A stretch of DNA of 64,000 nt, taken from an uncultured delta proteobacterium (GTDB lineage: Bacteria; Myxococcota_A; Polyangia; Polyangiales; JAFGIB01). Positions 19,917-31,935 of this stretch are shown here, in pieces. Where the stretch lies: the NCBI GenBank assembly GCA_963778655.1, contig CAVZVA010000009.1, positions 256,001-320,000 on the forward strand, in the 5' to 3' direction. Made by a program: the position numbers and the translations under genes. Below the pieces are notes generated by a model. That model did not search any database and was not told the origin of the DNA. It saw nothing but the letters and a program-made list of their open reading frames with translations. Numbering within the stretch: the stretch's first letter is position 1; each line of letters starts with the position of its first letter.

Positions 19917-21125
19917 ATGACCAATGCGGAGCTAATCCAGATCGCGGGCAAGACACTTCTCGGCAACTACCGGCAGGCGCCGCTGGTGCTGGCGCAGGGC
20001 AAGGGCTGCCGCGTGCAGGACGTGGAGGGGCGTAGCTACCTCGATCTGTGCGCGGGCATTGCCGTGGTTTCGGTCGGGCACGGCCATCCGCGTCTGGCGC
20101 AGGCCATCTTCGAGCAGGCCGCGCGCCTGATCCACACCTCCAACCTGTTTTACAACCAGCGCGCGATCGAGCTTGCTGCAGAGCTCAAGCGACGCACGCC
20201 GTTCGACCGCTTCTACTTCTGCAACAGTGGCGCGGAGGCCAACGAGTCGCTGCTCAAGCTCGCACGACGCTACCACCACGACCGCGGCGAGCCGCAGCGC
20301 ACCGAGATCGTGGCGGCGCTCGGGAGCTTTCACGGGCGGACCATGGGCGCGCTCAGCATGACCGGGCAGCCGAAGTACCACCTCGGCATGGGACCGCTGC
20401 TGCCCGGCGTCGAGCACGTGCCCTTCAACGACGTCGCCGCGCTCGAGCAGGCGGTCTGCGAGCGCACCGCCGCGGTCGTGCTCGAGCCGATCCAGGGCGA
20501 GGGCGGCGTGGTGGTGGCGAGCGACGCTTACTTGCGGCGCGCGCGCGCGCTGTGCGACGAGCGCGGCGCGCTGCTCATGTTCGACGAGGTGCAGACCGGC
20601 TACGGCCGCACCGGGCGCTTCCTCGGCTGTGAGCACAGCGGGGTCGTGCCGGACGCGTGCGCGCTGGCCAAGGGTATCGGCTCGGGCTTTCCGCTCGGCG
20701 CGATGGCGGTGCGCGAGCAGCTCGCAAACGGCCTGCCACCGGGCTCGCACGCCTCGACCTTCGGCGGCAATCCGCTGGCGTGCGCGGCGGGCCTCGCGGT
20801 GCTCGCGATCCTCGACGAGGAGAAGCTGGTGCAGAACGCCGACGCGGTCGGCGAGCACCTGGGCAAGAGGCTTTCGCAGCTGGCTACCGGCACCGACGCG
20901 ATCACCGACGCGCGCGGGCGCGGCCTGCTGCGCGGCGTGCGGCTCGCGTCAGGGGTCGATCCGGCGGGCACGCTGGCGCGCGTGCGCGAGAAGGGCGTGT
21001 TGCTTTCGCTTGCCGGTGTCGACGTGCTGCGCTTCACGCCGCCGCTATGCGTCACCCGCGATGAAATCGACGAGGGCATCGAAGTCGTGCGGCAGGTGCT
21101 CGAGCAGCCGCCGCAGAAGGGGTGA
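19917..21125 (+). CDS. argD: Acetylornithine aminotransferase
   Basis: 'NSGAEANE', 'SFHGRT', 'FDEVQTGYGRTG', 'HASTFGGNPLA'. Confidence 0.95.
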   Translation: MTNAELIQIAGKTLLGNYRQAPLVLAQGKGCRVQDVEGRSYLDLCAGIAVVSVGHGHPRLAQAIFEQAARLIHTSNLFYNQRAIELAAELKRRTPFDRFYFCNSGAEANESLLKLARRYHHDRGEPQRTEIVAALGSFHGRTMGALSMTGQPKYHLGMGPLLPGVEHVPFNDVAALEQAVCERTAAVVLEPIQGEGGVVVASDAYLRRARALCDERGALLMFDEVQTGYGRTGRFLGCEHSGVVPDACALAKGIGSGFPLGAMAVREQLANGLPPGSHASTFGGNPLACAAGLAVLAILDEEKLVQNADAVGEHLGKRLSQLATGTDAITDARGRGLLRGVRLASGVDPAGTLARVREKGVLLSLAGVDVLRFTPPLCVTRDEIDEGIEVVRQVLEQPPQKG

Positions 21126-21128
21126 GCC

Positions 21129-22043
<915 letters not shown>

Positions 22044-22110
22044 AGACTCGCAGTGCTCGGGTCGATGCCTGGTACAACCACCCGGAAGCTCGATCAGGGT
22101 TCGGGCGACG

Positions 22111-22207
22111 CGGGAGCGAAGCGACCCACGCGGAAGGGTGGGGCCCCAACGGCTTTGCCGGTGCGGCGGGAGGGGCGCGTGCCCCTCTCGATCACAAGAA
22201 GGGCTAG
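22111..22207 (+). repeat. REP-like multi-hairpin repeat (family B)
   Basis: GCGAAGC, GC-TTT-GC and GAGGGGC-GCGT-GCCCCTC hairpins; inverted copy at 58100-58192; ends in CTAG. Confidence 0.75.
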
Positions 22208-22469
22208 GGAGCATCGGAGCGGAAATCCGGAACGGACTACGCACCGATGGACTAGCGTCGCACGCACAGTCGGCGCCGAGGTGTGAGCTGCGCCACCTCG
22301 CCTCCGCTCGGTCTCGACTTCGTACAGCCCGGCGTGGGTGGTAGACTGGATCGCGATGACGCTCCCTGCGTGCGGTTCCCGGAAGGGCCGGCCGGCCCTC
22401 CCGGCCCGGCCCCTTCGTCCCTCCCTGGTCCGGCACGCTTTCGCGCCCGATCGCGGAGGCCGTTGAGCG

Positions 22470-24005
22470 ATGGCCCGCATCCCGACTCCCGTGCGGGGCG
22501 TGAACCTGCTCTCGCTGCCCCTCAGCACCACCGAGGGTTTCGTGCTCTCGCGCGTGGATGGCTCGACCTCGGTCGAGGACATCTCGATCATGAGCGGGAT
22601 CGACCAGAACAAGGTGCTGACCATTCTCGACCGGCTCGCCGAGCTGGGTGCAGTCGAGCTCTCGTGGCTCGGTCCACGCGTCAAGCCGCCCGCGGCAGCC
22701 GCCGACGCTGACGCGGCTCGCTCCCAACCGGCCAAGCCTGCGGACAACCACTTTGCGGCGGCGCGCCCGCGCTACCCGCGCGCCGAGATCGAGGCGGATG
22801 CGGACATCCCCAAGGAAAAGCGCAAGCGCATTCTCGACGCGTACTACGCGATGGAGGGGCGCAATCACTACCAGCTGCTGGGCGTCTCGCGAAGGGCCGA
22901 CAAGAAGACCATCCGCGCGGCCTACTTCGAGCTGTCGAAGCTGTTTCACCCCGACGCGTACTTCGGCAAGCAGCTCGGCGGCTTCAAGCTCAAGATGGAG
23001 GAGGTGTTCAAGCGCCTGACCGAGGCCTACGAGACGCTCGGCAAGTCCAAGAAGCGTGCCGAGTACGACGAGTACCTCGCCAGCACGGAGCAGACGCAGC
23101 GCGCGCGCCAGACGCTCGACTCGCTCGAGTTTTCCGCCGAGGAGATCCAGGCGCTGCGGGAGGCTGCCGAGCGCGTCCGCGCGGAGGCGGCGGCGCGCGA
23201 GGCCGCACGGGCCGAGTCCGAAGCCTTGCGTCCGCCACGGGTACCCGCAGCCGATTCCCAGCCGGTCCGGTCGGCGGCGCCTTCGCCGGCGACCAGCCAG
23301 CGGCCGGCGCCGACCAACGCGGAGCGCCGGGCGCGCGTGCGCGACCGGCTGCGCCAGCGCCTGGGCTCGATCTCGTCGCAACGGCCCGCCGGACCCGCCT
23401 CGCAGCCGCCTCCGCCTTCGGCGGAGAGTCGCCGCAGCCTCATCGACGGCCTCAAGCAGTCGATCCGCGCGAGCGCGGCGCTCAGCGCGTCGCCGCGGGC
23501 CCAGGTGGACAGCCACGTCAAGAAAGCCGCGGAGGCCGAACGCGCCGGCGACGTGTTGCTCGCGGCCAGCCAGCTTCAGGCGGCGCTGGTGATCGACCCC
23601 AAGAATCAGGAGCTACTCGCCGAGTACGACAGGGTGAGCAAGGTAGTCGCGCGTAACCTGGCCGTGAACTACGAGAAACAGGCCCAGTACGAGGAAAAGA
23701 CCGGCAACTGGCAGGCTGCTGCCCGCTCCTGGGCCCGGGTGAGCGACGGCCGGCCGGAGGACGCGCACGCCGCCTACAAGGCGGCGGAGGCGATGCTCAA
23801 GGCGAGCGATGACCTACACCGCGCTCAGAAGTACGCGCAGAAGGCCGTGAACCTGGACGGCCGCAACCTCACCCATCTCACGGTTTTGGCTCGTGTATAC
23901 TTGGCTGCCGGGCTGAAGCTCAACGCTGTGCGCGAGCTCGAAAAAGCTGCTCAGTTGGCTCCGGGCGACGAATTGGTGAACAATCTTCTGCGCGAGGCGC
24001 GTTAG
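22470..24005 (+). CDS. J-domain co-chaperone with N-terminal wHTH-like domain and C-terminal TPRs
   Basis: 'NHYQLLGV...LFHPDAYF...EAYETL' J domain with intact HPD; TPR-like helices. Confidence 0.85.
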   Translation: MARIPTPVRGVNLLSLPLSTTEGFVLSRVDGSTSVEDISIMSGIDQNKVLTILDRLAELGAVELSWLGPRVKPPAAAADADAARSQPAKPADNHFAAARPRYPRAEIEADADIPKEKRKRILDAYYAMEGRNHYQLLGVSRRADKKTIRAAYFELSKLFHPDAYFGKQLGGFKLKMEEVFKRLTEAYETLGKSKKRAEYDEYLASTEQTQRARQTLDSLEFSAEEIQALREAAERVRAEAAAREAARAESEALRPPRVPAADSQPVRSAAPSPATSQRPAPTNAERRARVRDRLRQRLGSISSQRPAGPASQPPPPSAESRRSLIDGLKQSIRASAALSASPRAQVDSHVKKAAEAERAGDVLLAASQLQAALVIDPKNQELLAEYDRVSKVVARNLAVNYEKQAQYEEKTGNWQAAARSWARVSDGRPEDAHAAYKAAEAMLKASDDLHRAQKYAQKAVNLDGRNLTHLTVLARVYLAAGLKLNAVRELEKAAQLAPGDELVNNLLREAR

Positions 24006-24025
24006 CCGGGCCTCCACCACCAAAC

Positions 24026-25852
<1,827 letters not shown>

Positions 25853-25878
25853 AAGGCCCTTGGGGTGGTCCGTGCGTA

Positions 25879-26682
25879 GTGTCCAAACGCAACAAAGACC
25901 CGAGCAATAGCCCGCCGCGCGGCGCGTTTTCGCGTCGTGCGGGCCCCGGCTCGCCCAGCAGCTCTCCCAAGAACGAGCCTCCCAAGCTGCCCTCGGGGCT
26001 CGGAGTCAGCCTGTTCCCGCCTGCCTCCGGTCCGCCGGCCGGCGCCGAGGAGGTGGTGCTCGACGACATCACCCAGAACGCGCCCGCGCACCGCCCGAGC
26101 AGCTTCCCGCCCCCGCTCGGGCACAGCGAGGGCCACGACGCGTGGACGCTCGAGCGCATGAGCCGCCAGAGCACCGTGCCCCCGCAGCGCAGCGAGGAGG
26201 TCGACCGGCTGCGCGAGCTCGCGACGCGTTCCAGCCTCAGGCCCGAGCCCGCTCCGGGGGAGGGCGACGCCCTCGACCTGGTCGATCGCTCGCGGCCCTC
26301 GCAGCAGCTCGACCTGATGGGCGAGATGGAGGAGCTCTACGCCCTCGACGATCTCACGGGCGCGTTGCGCTACGCCGAGCTGATCCTGGGGCGCGAGCCC
26401 GATAACAGCCAGGCCAAGCGCTGCGCCGAGAATTGCCGCAAGCGCCTGCTCGGCCTGTACTCCTCCAAGATCGGCAACCTGGGCGCGGTGCCGGTGCCGG
26501 CGCTGGGCGACGCGGAGCTGCGCTGGCTCGGCCTCGACCACCGCTCTGGGTTCCTGCTCTCGCGCGTCGACGGCGTCTCGACCGTGGAGGAGGTGCTGGA
26601 CGTGTGCGGCATGCCGCGTCTGGAGGCGCTCAAGACGCTGGTCGACCTGCTGGATCGGGGCGCGATCCGGATGGTGAAGTAG
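25879..26682 (+). CDS. Hypothetical protein with C-terminal wHTH-like domain shared with the upstream J-protein
   Basis: Pro/Ser-rich N-terminus; C-terminal '[17 protein letters not shown]'. Confidence 0.75.
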   Translation: MSKRNKDPSNSPPRGAFSRRAGPGSPSSSPKNEPPKLPSGLGVSLFPPASGPPAGAEEVVLDDITQNAPAHRPSSFPPPLGHSEGHDAWTLERMSRQSTVPPQRSEEVDRLRELATRSSLRPEPAPGEGDALDLVDRSRPSQQLDLMGEMEELYALDDLTGALRYAELILGREPDNSQAKRCAENCRKRLLGLYSSKIGNLGAVPVPALGDAELRWLGLDHRSGFLLSRVDGVSTVEEVLDVCGMPRLEALKTLVDLLDRGAIRMVK

Positions 26683-26753
26683 CCGGCCCGGCGGGGACGC
26701 TGCCGCCAGGGGCCCGCTTGCGCGCTTGCCCGCCGCGGCTATGCTCCGCGGCC

Positions 26754-27971
26754 ATGAAGCAGCAGCCGATTGAGAAGGTGGTCCTGGCCTACAGCGGGGG
26801 CCTGGACACCTCGGTGATCCTGGCCTGGCTCAAGGACAAGTACGGGGCCGAGGTGATCGCGTTCTGCGCCGACATCGGCCAGGCCGAAGAGCTTGCCGGT
26901 CTGCCCGAGAAGGCGAAGCAGACCGGTGCCTCGGCCTGCGTGGTGCGCGATCTGCGCGAGGAGTTCGTGCGCGACTTCTGCTTTCCGATGCTGCGCGCGA
27001 ACGCCGTCTACGAGGGCGAGTACCTGCTGGGTACCTCGATCGCGCGTCCGGTCATCGCCAAGGGTATGATGGACGTGGCCCGGGAATACGGTGCCGACGC
27101 GATCGCGCACGGCGCGACCGGCAAGGGTAACGACCAGGTGCGCTTCGAGCTGACGGCGATGGCGATCGATCCGCGTATCCGCGTGATCGCGCCTTGGCGC
27201 GAGTGGGAGCTGAAGTCGCGCAGCGACTGCATCGAGTACGCGAGCCGGCGCGGTATCCCCGTCACCGCCACCAAGGACAAGCCTTACTCGACCGATCGCA
27301 ACCTGTTCCACATCAGCTACGAAGGTGGCGTGCTCGAGGACCCGTGGGCCGAGCCGGACGAGAGCATCTTCCTGTTGACGCGGGACCCTCGCAAGGCGCC
27401 GGATCAACCGCGCTACCTCACGCTCCATTACCGCGACGGCAACGCGGTGGCGATCGACGGCGAGCCGCTCGAGCCGGCGGCGCTGCTGGCGAAGCTCAAC
27501 CAGATCGGCGGCGAGCACGGCATCGGGCGCGCCGACATCGTGGAGAATCGCTTCGTGGGCATGAAGTCGCGCGGCGTGTACGAGACGCCGGGCGGAACCA
27601 TCCTTCACAAGGCCCACCGCGCGGTCGAGTCGATCACGCTCGACCGCGAGGTGATGCGGATCCGCGACTCGCTCATCCCAGAGTACGCCGCGCTGGTGTA
27701 TCGCGGCTTCTGGTTCGCGCCCGAGCGGCTGGTGCTGCAAGCGCTGATCGACGAGGCGCAGCGCGGCGTGAGCGGCGAGGCCCGCCTCAAGCTGTTCAAG
27801 GGAAACGCAACCGTGGTCGGCCGGCGCAGCGAGCAGACGCTTTACGACCCTGCGTTCGCCACCTTCGAGCGCGACGAGGTCTACGACCAGTCCGACGCGA
27901 CCGGGTTCATCCGGCTCAACGCGCTGCGTTTGAGAATTCGCGCGCTGCGCGATCAGCGCCGCGGCCCCTGA
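26754..27971 (+). CDS. argG: Argininosuccinate synthase
   Basis: '[10 protein letters not shown]', '[13 protein letters not shown]', '[11 protein letters not shown]'. Confidence 0.98.
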   Translation: MKQQPIEKVVLAYSGGLDTSVILAWLKDKYGAEVIAFCADIGQAEELAGLPEKAKQTGASACVVRDLREEFVRDFCFPMLRANAVYEGEYLLGTSIARPVIAKGMMDVAREYGADAIAHGATGKGNDQVRFELTAMAIDPRIRVIAPWREWELKSRSDCIEYASRRGIPVTATKDKPYSTDRNLFHISYEGGVLEDPWAEPDESIFLLTRDPRKAPDQPRYLTLHYRDGNAVAIDGEPLEPAALLAKLNQIGGEHGIGRADIVENRFVGMKSRGVYETPGGTILHKAHRAVESITLDREVMRIRDSLIPEYAALVYRGFWFAPERLVLQALIDEAQRGVSGEARLKLFKGNATVVGRRSEQTLYDPAFATFERDEVYDQSDATGFIRLNALRLRIRALRDQRRGP

Positions 27972-28035
27972 AGGGCTTGCGAGCGGGCTGGAATAGGCAG
28001 TCGTTCCGGCCGGTTGGGGAGCAGTAAGGGCGCCC

Positions 28036-28064
28036 TTGCGGCCTCCTGGACCCGTCGCTACACT
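28036..28064 (+). promoter_or_regulatory. Candidate sigma70 promoter
   Basis: TTGCGG-17nt-TACACT upstream of the CorC-family gene. Confidence 0.45.
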
Positions 28065-28137
28065 GGCATATCATTGCGCCTGAATCCGAGGCGCCTGCGA
28101 ACCAGGCGCTGGAGTCGTTGGCTGGAGCGTTGAAGCG

Positions 28138-29436
28138 TTGGGCGACTCGATAGGGGGGCCAAGTACCAATCTGTTGGGTGTCTTGGCCTGCATCATTGCT
28201 GGCGTGTGGTTCGCGGCCGTCGACGAGGCCCTGGCCGCATTCGGCGAGGGCAGGGCACGGGCGGCCCGCGAAGCCGGCGACAAGCACGCGGCCACCGCCG
28301 CGCGCTACCTCCACGCGGGCAAGGCGATCCGGGTCCGCCTGCTGACCGGACGCGTGCTCGCGCTGGTCGGCACCGCCGTGCTGGCCTATGACCTGGCCTG
28401 GCACCTGGACAGCAGCACCTGGGCGCGTCGCGGTGTGGTCGCGATCGCGGCGCTGGTGTACGCCACCGCGGTCGGCGCCGTCACCACGCTGGCCTCGCGC
28501 CGCGCCAGCCGGCTGGCGTTGCCGCTGCTGCGCTGGTCGCGGCCGGCCGAGCTGCTGCTCGCGCCGCTGTCCGCGCCGCTGGTGTGGGCGAGCGACCTGC
28601 TCGACCGGCTGTATCCGCCGCGCCCCGAGGACGATCCCCAGCGCGTCACCGACGACGTGGTGGAGCAGCTGATCGAGCGCGGCGAGGAGCAGGGCGCGAT
28701 CGAGCAGGAGCACGCAGAGCTGCTGCTGAGCGTGCTCGAGTTCCGCGAGACCGTGGCGCGCGAGATCATGGTGCCGCGCACCTCCATGGTTGCGATCGAC
28801 ATCGACACCTCGATGAGCGACGTGATCAAGCTGATCGTGGAAGAGGGTCACAGCCGCTATCCGGTCTATCGCGGCAGCGCCGATCATCCGGTCGGCATCC
28901 TCTACGCCAAGGATCTGTTCCGGCTGATGCAGGACGGCGGCGGCTTCTACGGCAAGTTGGAAGACCAGATCCGCACGCCGGTGTTCTTCGCGGCCGAATC
29001 GCAGAAGATTAGCGACCTGCTGCGGCAGATGCGCTCGCGCCGCACGCACCTGGCGATCGTGGCCGACGAGTACGGCGGCACCAGCGGGATGATCACGCTC
29101 GAGGACATAATCGAGGAGATCGTGGGCGAGATCCGCGACGAGCACGACGCCGACGAGCTGGCGGTCAAGCAGATCGCGCCGGGGCGCTACCTCGCCAAAG
29201 CCGACGTGTCCGTGCACGACGTGGCCGAGATCACCGGGCTGCGCCTGCCCGAGGGAGCCTCGGGCTACGAGTCGCTGGGCGGCATGCTGATCGACATCGC
29301 AGGACGCGTGCCCCGCAGCGGTGAGTCGATCGAGATCGGCGCCCACGACCTGATCGTGCGCGCCGCCGACGAGCGACGCGTGACCCGTGTCGAAGTGGTG
29401 GCGCGCACCCCACAGGTGCCGCCCGCCGCCGAGTAG
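28138..29436 (+). CDS. Hemolysin/CorC (CNNM-CBS-CorC) family protein
   Basis: N-terminal TMs; 'REIMVPR', 'HSRYPVY', 'DEYGGTSGMITLEDIIEEIVGEIRDE'. Confidence 0.9.
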   Translation: MGDSIGGPSTNLLGVLACIIAGVWFAAVDEALAAFGEGRARAAREAGDKHAATAARYLHAGKAIRVRLLTGRVLALVGTAVLAYDLAWHLDSSTWARRGVVAIAALVYATAVGAVTTLASRRASRLALPLLRWSRPAELLLAPLSAPLVWASDLLDRLYPPRPEDDPQRVTDDVVEQLIERGEEQGAIEQEHAELLLSVLEFRETVAREIMVPRTSMVAIDIDTSMSDVIKLIVEEGHSRYPVYRGSADHPVGILYAKDLFRLMQDGGGFYGKLEDQIRTPVFFAAESQKISDLLRQMRSRRTHLAIVADEYGGTSGMITLEDIIEEIVGEIRDEHDADELAVKQIAPGRYLAKADVSVHDVAEITGLRLPEGASGYESLGGMLIDIAGRVPRSGESIEIGAHDLIVRAADERRVTRVEVVARTPQVPPAAE

Positions 29437-29485
29437 CGTAGCTCGCCGCCGGCGCACCGGTGCGGCGCCGGGCTCATTCAGAATT

Positions 29486-29580
29486 CACAGGCAGGCGGGA
29501 AGACGAGAAGGAGGCTTACCGGGCGCGGCTCCGACTCCTCGATCGATCGTCAACCCTTGCCGTCTTCCCGTCTTGCGGTG
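29486..29580 (+). repeat. Palindromic repeat family C
   Basis: CACAGGCAGGCGGGAAGACGAGAAG...CTTGCCGTCTTCCCGTCTTGCGGTG between convergent genes. Confidence 0.7.
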
Positions 29581-30257
29581 TCTTGCTCCAGCTCGACCCA
29601 GGTCTGCTCGATCGTGGCGCCGCCCAGCTTGGGGAAGATCAGCGTGAAATGCGCGACCCCGCCGCCCGGCGCGCAGCCCACCGAGCCCACGTTGATCACG
29701 TCGATCTCGTCGACGACGCGGGCGAACGGCACGTGGGTCGACCCGCACACCACGATGTCCGCCGGGTCGTCGGCCAGCAGCTCGCGCACGCGATCGTCGT
29801 CTAGATCGTGGCCGATGCCTTCGAACGGATCCGCGGGGCTGCCGTGGACCAGCAGCAGCTCGCGGCCGTCGACCATCGGCAGTCGGATCCGATCCGGCAG
29901 CTCCGCGATTCGGCGCAAGATCAGGTCGCCCACGGCCCTGCGGGTGTCCGCGAAGCGGGCGGCCATCGCGGCTTCTTCCGGGCTGCTAGGGCGCAGCTTG
30001 GCCGGGTCGATCGTCGCCAACGCGACGTCGCTGGTGCCGCGCACGCAACGCGCGCCCAGCGCTTGGAGGCGCTGCCACACCTCCAGCGGCTGCTCGCCGC
30101 CCAGCAGCAGGTCTCCGGCCACGAACACCTCCGCCACCGCGCGCCGCCGCAGCTCGGCCAGCACAGCCTCCAGCGCGCGCAGGTTGCCGTGCACGTCCGC
30201 GAGAAAGGCCATGGGCTCGGCAGCGGGCCGGGGCCCTATCCGGTCGGTGGGGGGCAT
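29550..30257 (-). CDS. Metallophosphoesterase (YfcE-like)
   Basis: 'DVHGN', 'AGDL', 'VHGSP', 'GSTH', 'NVGSVG'; start could be 30212. Confidence 0.88.
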   Translation of the reverse strand: MPPTDRIGPRPAAEPMAFLADVHGNLRALEAVLAELRRRAVAEVFVAGDLLLGGEQPLEVWQRLQALGARCVRGTSDVALATIDPAKLRPSSPEEAAMAARFADTRRAVGDLILRRIAELPDRIRLPMVDGRELLLVHGSPADPFEGIGHDLDDDRVRELLADDPADIVVCGSTHVPFARVVDEIDVINVGSVGCAPGGGVAHFTLIFPKLGGATIEQTWVELEQDTARREDGKG

Positions 30258-30378
30258 GGTCGAGTCGGGCTAGCTTAGCACCGCAGTCGAGCCGCGGATT
30301 CTCGGGGGCTCTCGCGCCGACACGATCCGCCCGGGGCGAGCGCCGTAAGAACCGAACGAGCATCCCGGCAAGAACTTG

Positions 30379-30408
30379 GTAGGTCAAAGTAGGTCAAGGT
30401 ACGATACT
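30379..30408 (+). promoter_or_regulatory. Tandem 10-bp direct repeats (candidate operator) in a divergent promoter region
   Basis: GTAGGTCAAA-GTAGGTCAAG-GTACGATACT. Confidence 0.45.
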
Positions 30409-30433
30409 CGAGCCGAAGCCAGGAGATGCGCCC

Positions 30434-30892
30434 TTGAACGCCGGCAAGCTCAAGCCGCCCGTCCGCGCGACCCGGACGGCCGGTCTCGCGCGGCGCACCG
30501 GCGCGATCACGCTCGGGCGCGGGCTCGAGGAGGCGCTGTTTGGCTTCGCCGAGGTGCTCTCCGAGGGCAGCTGCCGCGGCGGCCACGGTCAACCCGACAG
30601 CTATTTCGGCAGCACCATGATCAGCGTCGAGCTGGAGCAGCTGCGCGCGTGGTTCCGCGGCGGCTTCGACGCGCGCGCAAGGCGCGAATTGATCGAGGCC
30701 CTAGACGGCTCCGTGCGCGTGAGACTGCGCGCGATGCGGCTATCGCGAGCCGAGGCCGCACGGCGCGTGCCTGACCGCACGCTGGGGACGGTGTACGTAG
30801 AGACCACGGTGCGGCTCACCGAGCATCAGCTTCACATCGACGTCGACCTCGAGGCGCAGTTGAGCGTATCCTCCGACGCGGGTCGCTCGTGA
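30434..30892 (+). CDS. Hypothetical protein
   Basis: TTG start with AGGAG RBS; GTGA overlap with the next gene. Confidence 0.7.
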   Translation: MNAGKLKPPVRATRTAGLARRTGAITLGRGLEEALFGFAEVLSEGSCRGGHGQPDSYFGSTMISVELEQLRAWFRGGFDARARRELIEALDGSVRVRLRAMRLSRAEAARRVPDRTLGTVYVETTVRLTEHQLHIDVDLEAQLSVSSDAGRS

Positions 30893-31920
30893 GCGAGGAC
30901 AACGTCATTCACGTGGACTTCGGGCAGCGCGGCCGCCGCGCCCGCCCCCCTGCGTCCACCGTCCGCTCCGAGGACCCGGAGGCGGCGGGCGGGCGGCGCC
31001 TGCTGTCCGCGCAGGGCTCGGATCGGCCTGCCACGCCGCGCAGCAAGGATCCGCTGGCGGACATTTACAGCATGCGCGAGGCTGCCAAGCTGTTCGCCCT
31101 CTCGCCGAGCCGCCTGCGCTACTGGGAGCGCAGCGGCTTCATCGTCCGCTCGATGCGGTTGGACGAGCAGCGCTACTACAGCTTCGAGGATCTGATCTCG
31201 CTGCGCGCCGCCAAGGAGCTGTTGGACGAGGGGGTGGCGTTGCAGGCCGTGCGCCGCAGCGTGGAGGCCCTGCGCGCCTCGCTGCCGCGGGTGGCACGCC
31301 CGCTCAGCTCGCTGCGGATCGTGGCCGAGGGCCACAGCCTGCTGGTGCGCGACGACCACGGCAGCTACGAGCCGACCACCGGTCAGCTCCGCCTCGACTT
31401 CGAGGTCCGAGAGCTGCGCGACGACGTCGTGCGGGTGCTGCGTCGCAGCGGCCGGCAGAGCGACTTTGCGCTGGCCTACCAGAGCTACCTCGAAGGTTGT
31501 CGTTTCGACGAGAACCCCGACACCTTCGATCGCGCCGAAGCGGCGTACCGGCGCGCAGTCGAGCTCGATCCCTCGCTGGCCAATGCGGTGACCAATCTCG
31601 GCAACCTGATGTACCGCCGTGGCCGCCTGGAGGAGGCGGAGAACCTCTATGTGCGCGCGCTGCAGATCGATCCGGAACAGCCCGAGGCGTTCTACAACCT
31701 GGGCTTCCTGCTCTACGATCGTGGCGAGACCGCAGCCGCGGTGCTCAACTTCCGGCGCGCGCTGCGCACCGACCCGGCGTTTGCCGACGCGCACTTTAAC
31801 CTGGCGATGGCGCTGGCCGACCTCGGCCAAGCGCAGGACGCCCGCGAGCACTGGGAGACCTACCTGCGTCTCGATCCCGACAGCCCCTGGGCGGAAATCG
31901 CGCGCCGTCACCTGGAGTGA
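30889..31920 (+). CDS. MerR-type HTH plus TPR protein
   Basis: 'YSMREAAKLF...LRYWERSGFI...YYSFEDL' followed by ~4 TPRs. Confidence 0.88.
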   Translation: MSEDNVIHVDFGQRGRRARPPASTVRSEDPEAAGGRRLLSAQGSDRPATPRSKDPLADIYSMREAAKLFALSPSRLRYWERSGFIVRSMRLDEQRYYSFEDLISLRAAKELLDEGVALQAVRRSVEALRASLPRVARPLSSLRIVAEGHSLLVRDDHGSYEPTTGQLRLDFEVRELRDDVVRVLRRSGRQSDFALAYQSYLEGCRFDENPDTFDRAEAAYRRAVELDPSLANAVTNLGNLMYRRGRLEEAENLYVRALQIDPEQPEAFYNLGFLLYDRGETAAAVLNFRRALRTDPAFADAHFNLAMALADLGQAQDAREHWETYLRLDPDSPWAEIARRHLE

Positions 31921-31935
31921 AGCGCGGCGGTCCGC

